Source: the human T2T-CHM13v2.0 reference genome, Homo sapiens
Assembly: GCF_009914755.1 (NCBI RefSeq)
Contig: NC_060929.1
Direction: 5' to 3' (one strand)
DNA: 64,000 bases
The translations under genes and the position numbers were made by a program. Positions 28,361 through 43,455 of this stretch are shown piece after piece. How positions within the stretch are numbered: position 1 is the stretch's first letter; the number at the start of each line of letters is the position of its first letter. The notes beneath the pieces were generated by a model. That model saw only the letters and a program-made list of their open reading frames with translations. It was not told where the DNA came from and searched no databases.

Positions 28361-31300
28361 TAAATATGTCTTTAAGGCTTGAAGGCTAGACTGAAAAAGT
28401 TTATTCAACCCAAATGTGACTGAGCTGTAGTACTAATAGTATGCTTCAATAAACATTTGTAGCATAGAAGAGAGAGTGGATGGATGAATCAATAGAAAGG
28501 ACCAGGAAATTCACTGGGTTGTAAATTCTGGGAGGAAGGAACTAGTCTTCTATATTCATAATTGTATCCCCAACACCCTGCCACATAGTTGGATCACATG
28601 AATGATCCCAGAGCTATCCTCACTTTCCTGAGTGTATAACTGGACTTTTATAATAAATTATGTATGTCTTAACTCATTATTAAAGGATAAATGTTTTTAA
28701 AGGTAAAATTATGAATCTTGAACAAAAAAATAAAATAAAGATATGTTAAAGAATGTTTTAACTCAGTTATTGAAGGAACTAGAAAAGGGTAAAGAGCCAA
28801 ATCAAGGAGATTCCAAAGAAGACACAAATAGATGTAATCTGGAGTGCTGAAATGAATTCAATAGATTCAAAATTCATCAAACTCCGAATTCCACAGGGAA
28901 ATAATCAATTGCATCATGACCATCAAAAGTCATTTGAATTACTAACAGTTTACTACAACTAATAGAGTGGTAAAATACCCAAGAAGCAATAAAAGTCCCA
29001 AATAGTGAGAAAGGGTGGGGATTTGCTGGCAAGATGGCTGAATAGAAACAGCTCCAATCTTCAGCTCCCAGCAAGATCCACGGAGAAGGTGGGTGGTTTC
29101 TGCATTTCCAACTGAGTTACCCGGTTCAACTCATTGGGACTGGTTGGACAGTGGGTGCAGCCCACGGAGGGCAAAGTGAGGCAGAGTGGGGTGCCATCTC
29201 ACCCGGGAAGTGCAAGGGTTTGGGGATTTCCCTCCCCTACCAAGAGAAGTCGTGAGGGATTCTGCCATGAGGAATGGTGCACTCTGGCCCAGATACTGCC
29301 CTTTTTTCATAGTCTTCACAACCCACAGACGATGAGATTCCCTCTGGTGCCTATGCCACCAGGGCCCTGGGTTTCAAGCACAAAACTGGGTGGCTGTTTG
29401 GGCAGACATCCAGCTAGCTGCAGGAGTTTTTTTTTCTTTTTTTTCATACCCCAGTGGCACCTGGAATGCCAGTGACACAGAACTCTTCAATCCCCCTGAA
29501 AAGGGACTGAAGCCAGGGAGCCAAGTGGTCTGGCTCAGCGTGTCCCAACCCCATGGAACCCAGCAAGCTAAGATCCACTGTCTTGAAATTCTCACTACCA
29601 ACACAGTCTGAAGTTGACGTGGGATGCTGGAGGTTGGTGGGGGGAGGGGCATCGCCATTGCTGAGGCTTGAGTAGGCAGTTTTACCCTCACAGTGTAAAC
29701 AAAACCAAAGGGAATTTCGAACTGGGTGGAGCCCACCACAGCTCAGGAAGGCCTACATGGCCAGACTGCCTCTCTAGATTCCTCCTATCTGGGCAAGGCA
29801 TCTCTGAAAAAAAGGCAGCAGCCCCAGTCAGGGACTTTTAGATAAAACAGCCATCTCCCTGCGACAGAGCACCTGGGGAAAGCAGCGGCTGTGGGCACAG
29901 CTTCAGCAGACTTAAACGTCCTTGCCTGGCAGCTCTGAAGAGAGCAGCAGACCTCCCAACACAGCGTTCAAGCTCTGATAAGGGTCAGACTGCCTCCTCA
30001 ACTGGGTCCCTGACCCCCGTGTATCCTGACTGGGAGACACCTCCCACTAGGGGCTGACAGACACCTCATACAGGAGAGCTCTGGCTGGCATCTGGCGGGT
30101 GCCTCTCTGGGACGAAGTTTCCAGAGGAAGGAACTGGCAGCAATTTTTGCTGTTCTGCAGCTTCCGTGGTTGATACCCGGGCAAACATGGTCTGGAGTGG
30201 ACCGCCAGCAAACTCCAGCAGACCTGCAGCAGAGGGCCCTGACTGTTAGAAGGAAAACTAACAGAAAGGAATAGCGTCAACATCAACAAAAGGACATCCA
30301 CGCAGAGACCCCATCCGAATGTCACCAACATCAAAGACCAAAGGTAGATAAACACGAAGATGGAGAGAAACCAGGCAAAAAGGCTGAAAATTGCAAAAAC
30401 CAGAAAGCCTCTTCTCCAAAGGATCGCAACTCTGCCAGCAAGGGAACAGAACTGGATGGAGAATGAGTTTGATGAATTGACAGAAGTAGGATTCAGAAGG
30501 TGGGTAATAACAAACTCCTCCCAGCTAAAGGAGCATGTTCTAACCCAATGCAAAAAAGCTACAAACATTGAAAAAAGGTTAGACGAATTACTAACTAGAA
30601 TAACCAGTTTAGAGAAGAACATGAATGACTTGATGGAGCTGAAAAACACAGCACAGGAACTTGGTGAAGCATACTCAAGTATCAGTAGCCAGATCTATCA
30701 AGCGGAAGAAAGGATATGAGAGATTGAAGGTCAACATAATGAAATAAATCAAGAAGACAAGATTAGAGAAAAAAGAATGAAAAGAAATGAACAAAGCCTT
30801 CAGTAAATATGGGACTATGTGAAAAGACTAACTCTACATTTGATTGGTGTACCTGAAAGTGATGGGGAGAATGGAACCAAGTTGGAAAACACTCTTCAAG
30901 ATACTATCCAGGAGAACTTCCCCAAACTAGCCAGACAGGCCAACATTCAAATTCAGGAAATACAGATAACACCACAAAGATACTCCTCGAGAAGAGCAAC
31001 CCCAAGACACATAATCACCAGATTCACCAAGGTTGAAATGAAGGAAAAAATGTTAAGGGTAGCCCATCAAATTAACAGCAGATCTCTCAGCAGAAAGCCT
31101 ACAAGCCAGAAGAGACTGGGAGCCAACATTCAACATTCTTAAAGAAAAGAATTTCAACCCAGAATTTCATATCCAGCCAAACAAAGCTTCATAAGTGAAC
31201 TAGAAATAAAATCCTTTACAGACAAGCAAATGCTGAGAGATTTTGTCACCACCAGGCCTGCCTTACAAGAGCTCCTGAAGGAAGCATTAAACATGGAAAG

Positions 31301-31667
31301 GAACAACCAGTACCAACCACTGCAAAAACATACCAAATTGTAAAGAACATTGACACTATGAAGAAACTGCATCAAATAATGGGGAAAACAACCAGCTAGC
31401 ATCATAATGACAGGATCAAATTCACACATAACAATATTAACCTTAAATGTAAATGGGCTAGATGCCCCAGTCAAAACACACAGACTGGCAGATTGGATAA
31501 AGAGTCATTGGTGTGCTGTATTGAGGAGACCCATCTCATGAGCAGAGACACACATAGGCTCAAAATAAAGGGATGGAGGAATATTTACCAAGCAAACCTG
31601 AGCAGGGTTGCAATCCTAGTCTCCGATAAAACAGACTTTAAAACAACAAAGATCAAAAGAGACAAAG

Positions 31668-32178
31668 TGCCAAGAACAGCTCGACTGGGGAGACCCTAAC
31701 CCAGTGGCGCTAGAGGAATTAAAGACACACACACAGAAATATGGAGATGTGAAGTGGGAAATCAGGGGTCTCACAGCCTTCAGAGCTGAGAACCCCAAAC
31801 AGAGATTTACCCACATATTTATTAACAGCAAACCAGTCATTAGCATTGTTTCTATAGATATTAAATTAACTAAAAGTATCCCTTATGGAAACGAAGGGAT
31901 GGGCTGAATTAAAGGAATAGGTTGGGCTAGTTAACTGCAGCAGGAGCATGTCCTTAAGGCACAGATCGCTCATGCTATTGTTTGTGGCTTAAGAATGCCT
32001 TTAAGCGGTTTTCTGCCCTGGGTGGGACAGGTGTTCCTTGCCCTCATTCCCGTAAACCCACAACCTTCCAGCGTGGGCGTCAGGGCCATTATGAACATGT
32101 TACAGTGCTGTAGAGATTTTGTTTCTGGCCAGTTTTAGGGCCAGTTTATGGCCAGATTTTGGGGGCCTGCTCCCAGCA
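31668..32178 (-). mobile_element. MER9 solo LTR (HERV-K9/HML-3) inserted in the L1 endonuclease region
   Basis: Minus strand begins TGCTGGGAGCAGGCCCCCAAAATCTGGCCATAAACTGGCC; perfect 6-bp TSD ACAAAG (31662-31667 / 32179-32184). Confidence 0.9.
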
Positions 32179-33002
32179 ACAAAGAAGGACATTACATAAT
32201 GGTAAAGGGATCAATGCAACAAAAAGAGCTAACTATTCTAAATATATATGCACTCAATACAGGAGCACCCAGATTCGTGAAGCAAGTTCTTAGAGACCTA
32301 CAAAGAGACTTAGACTCCCACACAATAATAGTGGGAGAGTTTAACACCCCACTGTCAATATTAGACAGAACAACGAGACAGAAAATTAACTAGGATGTTC
32401 AGGACTTGAACTCAGCTCTGGACCACGCGGACCTAGTAGGCATCTACAGAACTCTCCACCCCAAATCAACAGAATATGCATTTTTCTCAGCACCATGTTG
32501 CACTTCTTCTGAAATTGACCACATAATTGCAAATAAAACACTCCTCAGCAAATGCAAAAGAATGGAAATCATAACAAACAGTCTCTCAGACCACAGTGCA
32601 ATCAAATTAGAACTCAGGATTAAGAAACTCACTCAAAACTGCACAACTACGTGGAAACTGAACAACCTGCTCCTGAATGACTACTGGGTAAATAACAAAA
32701 TGAAGGCAGACATAGATATGTTCTTTGAAACTAATGAGAACAAAGACACAAGGTACTGGAATCTCTGGGACACATTTAAAGCAGTGTTTAGAGGGAAAAT
32801 TGTAGCATTAAATGCCCACGAGAGAAAGCAGGAAAGATCTAAAATTGACACCCTAACATTAAAATTAAAAGAACTAGAGAAGCGACAGCAAACAAATTCA
32901 AAAGCTAGCAGAAGACAAGAAATAACTAAGATCAGAGCAGAACAGAAGGAGATAGAGACACGAAAAACCCTTCAAAAAAATCCATGAGTCCAGGAGCTGG
33001 TG

Positions 33003-33292
33003 TTTATTATTATTATTATTATTATTATACTTTAAGTTCTAGGGTACATGTGCACAACATGCAGGTTTTATACATAGGTATACATGTGCCATGTTGGTTT
33101 GCTGCATCCTTCAACACATCATTTACATTAGGTATTTCTCCTAATGCTATCCCTCCCCCAGCCCCCCAGCCCCTGACAGGCCCTGGTGTGTGATGTTCCC
33201 CGCCCTGTGTCCAAGTGATCTCATTGTTCAGTTCCCACCTATGAGTGAGAACCTGCGGTGTTTGGTTTTCTGTCCTTGTGATAGTTTGCTGA
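33003..33292 (-). mobile_element. 5'-truncated younger L1PA 3' end (~290 bp) with (TAA)n tail, nested in the host L1
   Basis: Reverse L1 3'UTR whose sequence differs from the host's own 3' end at 35940-36220. Confidence 0.9.
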
Positions 33293-33537
33293 GAATTTAT
33301 CCATTTCTTCTAGATTTTCTAGTTTATTTCTGTGGAGGTGTTTATAGTACTCTCTGATGGTAGTTTGTATTTCTGTGGGATCGGTGGTGATATCCCCTTT
33401 ATCATTTTTTACTGCATCTATTCGATTCTTCTCTCTTTTCTTCTTTATTAGTCTCGCTAGCAGTCTATCAATTTTGTTGATCTTTTCAAAAAATGGATAA
33501 ATTCCTGGACACATATACCCTCCCACGACTAAACTAG

Positions 33538-33801
<264 letters not shown>

Positions 33802-34360
33802 TGAACATTGATGCAAAAATCCTCAGTAAAATACCAGGAAACTGAATCCAGTAGCACATAAAAAAGCTTATCCACCACAATCAAGTCTGCCTCATCCCTG
33901 GGATGCAAGGCTGGTTCAACATATGCAAATCAATAAATATAATCCATCACATAAACAGAACCAATGACAAAAACCACACGATTATCTCAATAGATACAGA
34001 AAAGGTCTTCAGCAAAATCCAACAGTCCTTCATGCTAATAATTCTCAATTAACTAGGTATTGAGGGAACGTATCTCAAAATAGTAGGAGCTATTTATGAC
34101 AAACCCACAGCCAATATCATACCGAACGGGGAAAAACTGAAAACATTCCCTTTGAAAACCGGCACAAGACAGGGATGCCCTCTCTCACCGCTCCTATTCA
34201 ACATAGTGTTGGAAGTTCTGGCCAGGGCAATCAGGCAAGAGAAAGAAATAAAGGGTATTCAAATAGGAAAAGAGGAAGTCAAATTGTCTGTTTGCAGATG
34301 ACGTGATTGTATATTTAGAAAACCCCATCATCTCAGCCCAAAATCTCCTTAAGCTGATAA

Positions 34361-34483
<123 letters not shown>

Positions 34484-36369
34484 TAAAATACCTACAAATA
34501 CAACTTACAAGGGATGTGAGGGACCTTTTCAAAGAGAACTACAAACCACTGCTCAAGCAAATAAGAGAGGACACAAACAAATGGAAAAACATTCCATGCT
34601 CATGGGTAGGAAGAATCAATATCGTGAAAATGGCCATACTGTCCAAAGTAATTTATAGATTCAAAGCTATCCCTATCAAGCTACCATTGACTTTCTTCAC
34701 AGAATTGGAGAAAACTACTTTAAACTTCATACATAACCAAAAAAACCCTGCATAGCCAAGACAATTCTAAGCAAAAAGAACAAAGCTTGAGGCATCATGC
34801 TACCTGACTTCAAACTATACTACAAGGCTACAGTAACCAAAACAGCATGGTACTGGTACCAAAACAGAGATATAGACCAATGGAACAGAACAGAGGCCTC
34901 AGAAATAACACTACACATCTACAACCTGATCTTTGACAAACCTGACAAAAACGAGAAATGGGGAAAGGATCCCTATTTAATAAATGGTTTTGGGAAAACT
35001 GACTAGCCATATGCAGAAAGCTGAAACTGGATCCCTTCCCTATACCTTATACAAAAATTAACTCAAGATGGATTAAATACTTAAACATAAGAACTAAAAC
35101 CATAAAAACCCTAGAAGAAAACCTAGGCAGTATCATTCAGGACATAGGCATGGGCAAGGACTTCATGACTAAAACACCAAAAGCAATGGCAACAAAAGCC
35201 AAAATTGACAAATGGGATCTAATTAAACTAAAGAGCTTCTGCACAGCAAAAGAAACTATCATCAGAGTGAACAGGCAACCTACAGAATGGGAGAAAATTG
35301 TTACAATCTATGCATCTGACAAAGGGCTAATATCCAGAATCTACAAAGAACTTAAACAAATGTACAAGAAAAAAACAACCCCATCAAAAAGTGGGCAAAG
35401 GATATGAACAGACACTTCTCAAAAGAAGACATTTACGCAGCCAACAGACATGTGAAAAAAAGCTCATCATCACTGGTCACTAGAGAAATGCAAATCAAAA
35501 CCACAATGAGATACCATCTCACACCAGTTAGAATGGCTATCATTAAAAAGTCAGGAAACAACAGGTGCTGGAGAGGATGTGGAGAAATAGTAATGCTTTT
35601 ACACTGTTGATAGGAGTGTAAATTAGTTCAACCATTGTGGAAGACACTGTGGCAATTCCTCAAAGATCTAGAACCAGAAATGCCATTTGACCTGGTAATC
35701 CCATTACTGGTTATATACCCAAAGGATTATAAACCATTCTACTATAAAGACTCATGCACACATATGTTTATTGCAGCCCTGTTCACAATAGCAGAGACTT
35801 GGAACCAACCCAAATGTCCATCAGTGATAGACTGGATAAAGAAAATGTGGCATGTATACACCATGGAATACTATGCAGCCATAAAAAAGGATGAGTTCAT
35901 GTCCTTTGCAGAGACATGGATGAAGCTGGAAACCATCATTCTCAGCAAACTAACAGAAAATCAGAAAATGAAACACCGCATGTTGTCGCTCTTAAGGGGA
36001 GTTGATCAATGAGAACACATGGACACAGGGAGGGGAACATCACACACCAGGGCCTGTTGTGGGCTGGGGGGCTAGGGGAGGGATAGCACTAGGAGAAATA
36101 CCTAATGTAGATGACGGGTTGATGGGTTCAGCTAACCACCATGGCAGGTGTATACCTATGTGACAAAACTGCACGTTCTGCACGTGTACCCCAGAACTTA
36201 AGGTATAATAATAAAAAAAAAATGAGAAAGAGTAGGTTAGACAATACAGCATTTTATAGGACACCTAGTAATATTTTTTTTCTTTTTTGTAGTTTCAAAG
36301 TCTTTCACAAAAATGAATGTACCATACTAAAATTATACCGTATGATCACATAAAGTTTATTTTAGTAAT

Positions 36370-36770
36370 ATGAGGAATGATTGCCAACCTTCCCCTGAAG
36401 CAGGTCAGAAGACCTTTATGTGAGAGTATCCTCCCTCGAGTGGAGGAAAGGAGCATCCTTATCTCCAAAGGCACAGAGATGCCAATAAGAATCACAACAA
36501 ACATACCTTGCTAAGTTTCCCCCTGTTTATTACCATTAGATCATACTGTTTGCCTTATTTGTCTCCATGACTGTTTACTCTGCATCAAACTTATTATGCA
36601 AAAACCCTTATATTTAACTGTTTCTTCATTCTTTATTTGCTTGTGAAGCCTCCCGTGTCAAGTAAAACTTGTATTAAACAAGTTTGCATGTTTTTCTCTT
36701 GCTAATCTGTCTTTTGTTGTGGGGACTTCAGCCATGGGTAGAAGGAAAGGTATTTTTTCCTCCCTTATAA
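36370..36770 (+). mobile_element. MER34/MER39-group ERV1 LTR
   Basis: Ends gtttgcatgtttttctcttgctaatctgtcttttg...ttttcctcccttata. Confidence 0.6.
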
Positions 36771-38066
36771 CCTAAGACTCCCGTATGGCTTGGCATGGCA
36801 CTAATACATCTCATTCATCTCATCCTTGTCCTGGTCCTGTCACAAAGCTTAAAATATTTACTAATTGGCCTTTTATAGGAAAATTTATGAAGAAGAGTTA
36901 ACAAACTGTATAAGCTACCTTGGGTCTGCTATTCAAACATAAGCACTAAGTGCTAAGGCCACAAAATAAACTTCTGTTTGGGAGGTGTCATAAGGAATCT
37001 GGATTGGAATCTTAAAAGCTTCTATTATTTGCTATCTTGAGGTTTAGAAATCAAGACCCAAAACTTATCTCCACCAGTTTTCTTCTATAATATCTATAGA
37101 AAATGAGTAATTGCCCCTCTTTTTGAGGTCCTCACAATTGGCTAAATTTCCGGGCTTGCCAGTATGTGATCTTCCTTTAACCATCTGTAAACCTGGGACA
37201 TGTAAACCAATTTTACTAGGTGGGCTTCATAAGTATTGGTCCCATATGTAAAGCCAACCTTTGTTTTTCATAAAAGTGACCTGTCATGTCTGATTAAAAG
37301 AGCATCATTCTGAAATCATACACTTCAGGCAAGGCTTTGGTTATACAATCTATCCAATTATATCCTGGTATAAAAGCAGATAAATTCCTATCAAATGTAT
37401 ATAAATAACTATATTGTCATGAAAAGCACTGGGACTTAGTAAAAGTCTCTAAATTCTGGGGAGTGAGTCAGTAAAAATTGGATACCATGTAAAAATGTTT
37501 TATTTCAGCATACAAAGGCAGTCAACTGAATTATGGGTTACAGATTATTTAAGAAGAAAATGGCTTTTTGATATACCCAGAAAATAGAACAATAACACAA
37601 CAATATTCCAGACAAATAACCACCATAAAATTTCCCTCATTATTCCACTCAGTCCTCTGTAGTTAATTTTGTTTTATCGGATCTTGGTTAGCAGTCTGCT
37701 TTCATGAAGTCACCAGTTTATAGACTAAAAAGAGTTCTGGAAATTCTGACTCGGTTCAAGGTAGGGTCTGAAAGTTATCTAAGTGATATCAGTTCAGAAG
37801 CCTAGGCAATAGTCTGTGTGTTGAAGTATCAACAGTTAAAAGTACCTGGTGTGGTCCCTTTCCAAAAGTATATAAAACTGTATTTATTTGTTAAAGACAC
37901 AAACTCTGGGCTGTAATTTAGAGTGTTCAGACAAGCCTGAGAGTGAAGTAAAAACTGTGTAGATTACAACAAAGACAACGGGTGTGGTTTATTTATTACT
38001 GCAAAATAATACAAGAAAGTAAAATTCTCTATTGTGGTGTAGTACATAACTATTTCATGAATTTCC

Positions 38067-38342
38067 AGCAAGGTGCCGTGGCTCATCACACCTGTAATCT
38101 ACTTTGAGAGGCTGAGGAGAGAGGATCACTTGAGCCCAGGAGTTCAAGACCAGCCTGGGCAACACAGCAAGACCTTGTCTGTATGGAAAATGTTAAAAGT
38201 AGCCAGGTGTGGTGGCGTAGGCCAGTAGTCCTAACTACTCAGGGTCCCAGGAGTTTGAGGATCCAGTGAGCCGTGATCACGCCACTACACTGCAGCTTGG
38301 GTGACAGAGTGAGACACTGTCACTAAAAACAAAACAAAAAAA
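38067..38342 (+). mobile_element. AluJ with deletions
   Basis: TSD aactatttcatga. Confidence 0.9.
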
Positions 38343-39234
38343 ACTATTTCATGAGTTTTGATAATATTTCCCCTGAGAGTAAAAACCTATTATAGATAGC
38401 AAGAACACTGGCAAAACTCCAGGAACTTCCCATAAAGCATACACATTGTGAAAAGTTATATTAATAACATTTGCCTACACTAATATTCTAGGGAAGATTG
38501 AACATCTCTTCTAATCTGACGAGTCTTCCCATCTAATTCTTACAATAGTAATATTTCAAAAAAAACCTAATTATTTCTGGCTTTTCTTTTTTTATATGGT
38601 GAGAAACCAAATCTTTGTGATTTTTCCAGGAGCCCTTGAGAAATCTGAAATATATTTTGGGGTACATAAAAAATAAATTTTGGCAGGGTATATAAAAAAT
38701 AATTTTTTTCTAAATTTAGGGTTTTAATTTTGGGAAATCTATTTCGAAAGAGTTGTCAGAGGATATACAGACACTTAATTAAGGTAGGATCATGGGTTAC
38801 TGAGAAACAATACTTAGTTACCTGTTTAATCAAAGAGACAGTAAACAATTTTTGGTGAGATGATTGTAAAGAGCCTTAGCTCTTTGAAAAGTGAGATTTT
38901 TTTTCCTTTAAATAGTAAAGAACATAGTAAAATCAAAATAAAGCAAACACAAACACAAAAAAATTCTGATTAGCCACAGAATCTCTGCTAGGTAGGCAGA
39001 TAACAGGAAAGGTAAAAAGTAATCTTTCATATTATAGGTGACAGTTATTACTCTGTAAACCAAGGAAGTAAGTTATTAAAACTGAGTAATCTTTGCTAAA
39101 ATTTAACATATTTTAGAATCTCTTTTCATACTCAGTTATTTTAAATCAAGAGAAAAAAAATCACTCTCAAGTTTTCTCCTTCATTATACTTTTATATTCT
39201 AGCATCAACTCACCCTTTTCTTAAAGATAGAGTA

Positions 39235-40020
<786 letters not shown>

Positions 40021-41159
40021 TTGGAGTAAAGGAGTTGAAGATTTAAGAAAACAACCTTTTTATCTTCAGGGGGGAAAAAACCTACTCTTTTTCTTTGAAA
40101 AACAAAAGCACAATCCCAATTTTAATTCTGTGTTACTATTGCTCCTGTTATGGTCTCAACCATCTCTAATAATTCTAATTTTTAACAAAGTTACTGACTT
40201 TTAACTCACAGAGAAAAAAATGATGGTATGGGAGTGAAGGGATTAAAATTACTTTAAACTAAAAACATGAACAATCTGCAGCCACAGAGAGAAACATTAT
40301 CTAAACTAAAGCAGATACTCCCCAAATACAGCAGCCATTCACCCCTTCTTGGAGGAAGTTTCTTGTTTGAAAGAAAGACTTACCACCAGACATGTGAATT
40401 CAGCTGCTCATTAGCATCAAAAAGCCCAATAGAACCTTCGATACTTTCCCTTTAAAGTCCTAAATCTACCCTTTTTGGTTAACTTTGTATATAAACCTTT
40501 ACCTCTGGCTGTTCAGCAAGTTGCTCATTATTGAATGACTTCCATATGTAGGCATAAATAAATCTTGTCTTTTTTCCTGCCAGTCTGTCTATTGTTAGTT
40601 AATTTGCAGGCCCCAACCGTTCTAACCTTAGTGAGTAGAGGAAAACTTTTTATCCCAAGAGGGTGGATTGTCAAACTTTCTGGCATGCACAAGCATTTGA
40701 GTAAACTAGCATGTGAACACACAAAACACAACATTCTACAGCAGCTGCACATCTCTTTTACATCTTCTTAAGGTGGTAAAAATAAACATACTCATTCACA
40801 TGACTGAAAAATATAGCCTTTCTGTAGCATATAAAATCAGAAGCAAAAGTAGATAAATTTTAAACTGTTTAAGTAATGGTTCAGTGTTCTTATTTACTTA
40901 GAAATTGTCCTAGGACTCAGTGATTATCTATTAATTAACTCAACTTAGTAACAGTCCAAGGTTTTAAGTTACCTAAAGATCTTGGAAATTATCTTAAAGC
41001 TGACATACTAAAATAATAAGTTGTTTAGAATAGTGACTAAATTTAGCTAAAGAAAATTTATATTTTTTGAAATCCTAAACATTATATAGGAGTAATGTCA
41101 GCTTATTTTATCAGTAAGCCTGTAGCTTGAGGGAAAAAATTCCAAATAAAATGCACATG

Positions 41160-41673
41160 AATGGGTCCAGAACATGCTACTATAGCATAAAAATTATTTT
41201 GAGCAGTCATTTGAGTCCCTGAAATCTATCTACCTAAAAACAGAGCCTCCCAGAAGAATTGCAAAAAAAAAAAAAAAAAAGCTCAGTTGACATAAATCTC
41301 CTCCCCAGGAGCAACCAGGGAAGATAGACTCTCATCACTGGTGATGAGAAGTTTCTATGCTACTCATATAAAGACATTGTCACAAAACTATCAAGTCTCT
41401 CATATACTCTCCTAAGGGCTTCTTTGTCTTTCCAAAAAGTCATTTATTTTCCCGTAAGTGTCCTTTATCCCCCACCCCATCTCTATTAAGGTGATATATA
41501 AGGCCCAAAATCTAATGGCCCCTTTGTGTCACATTTTTCTGTGAACTTCCACATATGTATGTATGTGAATAAAAATATATCTTTTCTTCTGTTAATCTGT
41601 CTTTGTCATTCTAATTCACAAGCCCTAAATCACTGAATCAAAGAAGGCAGAGGAAAAGTTTTCCTCCCTTACA
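41160..41673 (+). mobile_element. MER34-group LTR (a related copy lies at ~40230-40640)
   Basis: aataaa...ttctgttaatctgtc...cactgaatcaaagaaggcagaggaaaagttttcctcccttaca 3' end. Confidence 0.6.
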
Positions 41674-41745
41674 TACACATATATTATACTTAACACTGAT
41701 AAATCAGAGAGAAGACATAGCTCTTTTGTGAAAACCAAAATTATT

Positions 41746-42000
41746 TTTATTTTTTTAAATTATACTTTAATTTAAAGTACTTTAAAAAGTTCTGCACATG
41801 CAGAACGTGCAGGTTTGTTACATAGGTATACACGTGCCATGGTGGTTTGCTGCACCCATCAACCCGTCATCTACATTAGGTATTTCTCCTAATGCTATCA
41901 CTCCTCTAGCCCCTCCCCACCCCCTGACAGGCCCCGATGTGTGATGTACCCCTCCCTGTGTCCATGTGTTCTCATTGATCAACTCCCACTTATGAGTGAG
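41746..42000 (-). mobile_element. 5'-truncated L1PA7-like 3' end
   Basis: Perfect 16-bp TSD GAAAACCAAAATTATT (41730-41745 / 42001-42016). Confidence 0.9.
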
Positions 42001-42223
42001 GAAAACCAAAATTATTAAACTAGTCTCATTTACCAAAGATTCACTTAATTATATAAATTTGAATTCTTAAATGTTCCTTATTTAGCTGTTTCTACAGGAT
42101 GGATTTTTTTTTTAAGTACAATGCTTTTTAAGTATTAAACATTTGATTTCTTTACTATCTGGGAATTTAGGGATATTCAATTTATATCGGCACTTACTTC
42201 TTTATAAATCAATCAGAAAGAAC

Positions 42224-43455
42224 TGTTACAGAACTGAACTGAGCTCTGCTTGCCAGGCACAACAAGATCAAACACTGACATCAGGATAGCAGCGAGAGAG
42301 AGGCATTTATTTGCACAGTGCCAAGCAAGGATGATACGACAGCTAATGCTTAAATTCTGACCTCTCCAGTGGCTTGCAGGTAAGGGTTTTTAAAGGCAGG
42401 AGTAAATTTCAAGAAAGCAGAAATTATAGGCAAAATTGTAAATCAATACACTGAGGTTAAACATTGGTTTTGACCTGAAAGGGCAGGATATCTTGAAGCA
42501 GGGCTTACAGGTTATAGGTAGATTCAGAGATTCTCTGATTTGCAATTGGTTAAGGAAAAGAAGCTTTGTTTAAAAATTTGGGGTCAGCAAAAAAGAATGT
42601 TGGCTCTAGCTTGTGGGTGTGACTTTCTCCAGGTCACTCAAAAAGAAATTCAGAACAAAGAATGATCAAAGTTTAGTCCCTATTTTCCCCTTACCTGAGG
42701 TCTATGAGCTGGCAGATCCATTTGGTGGGGGACATATGTTAAGATGTAATCTTTTTTTTAAAAAAAAAACTATTTAAAGGGACTTCATTGAGATATATTT
42801 TACATTTCATAGAATTCATCTTTTTTTTTTTTTTTTTTTTTTGAGACAGAGTTTCACTCTGTCACCCAGGCTGGAGTGCAGTGGTGCAATCTCGGCTCAC
42901 TGCAGCCTTGATCTCCTGGACTCAGGTGATCCTCCCACCTCAACCCTCCAGTAGCTGGGACTACAGGCATGTGCTACCATGCCCAGCTAATATTTTGTGT
43001 TTTTTGTAGACATGGGGTTTTGCCATGTTGCCCAGGCTGGTCTCGAACTCCTGGGCTCTGCCCACCTTGGCCTCTCAAAGTGCTGGGATTACAGGTGTGA
43101 GCCACTGCGTCTAGCCGAATTCACCCCTTCTAAGTGTACAATTCAATGATTTTTAGTAACCTTACGAGTGGTACGGTCATCACCGTGAACCAGTTTATAA
43201 CACTTTCACCCTCCTAATAAAGATCCCTCATGATCATTTACAGTTAATCCCTGTTCCCACCCCAAGATGTTATCTTTAGTTTCTGTAGGGTAACCAACTA
43301 TCCCATTATTTTATCCTTGGCTATTTTTTTAGGCTGCTATTACCTTCTTGCTTATCAAGTTGCTTATTTGCTGCTCAAGGCTAGGTAGGTGCCTGGAATT
43401 TCCCTTAAAGAATCTCAAGATTTTCCTTTATTTCTATGCTTCAGGGGCCTGACAC
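42224..43455 (-). mobile_element. ERV1 LTR interrupted by an L1M 3' end (42755-43263), which is itself interrupted by an AluJ (42821-43116)
   Basis: TG...CA ends; L1 TSD aagatgt(a/t)atcttt; Alu TSD gaattca. Confidence 0.7.
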
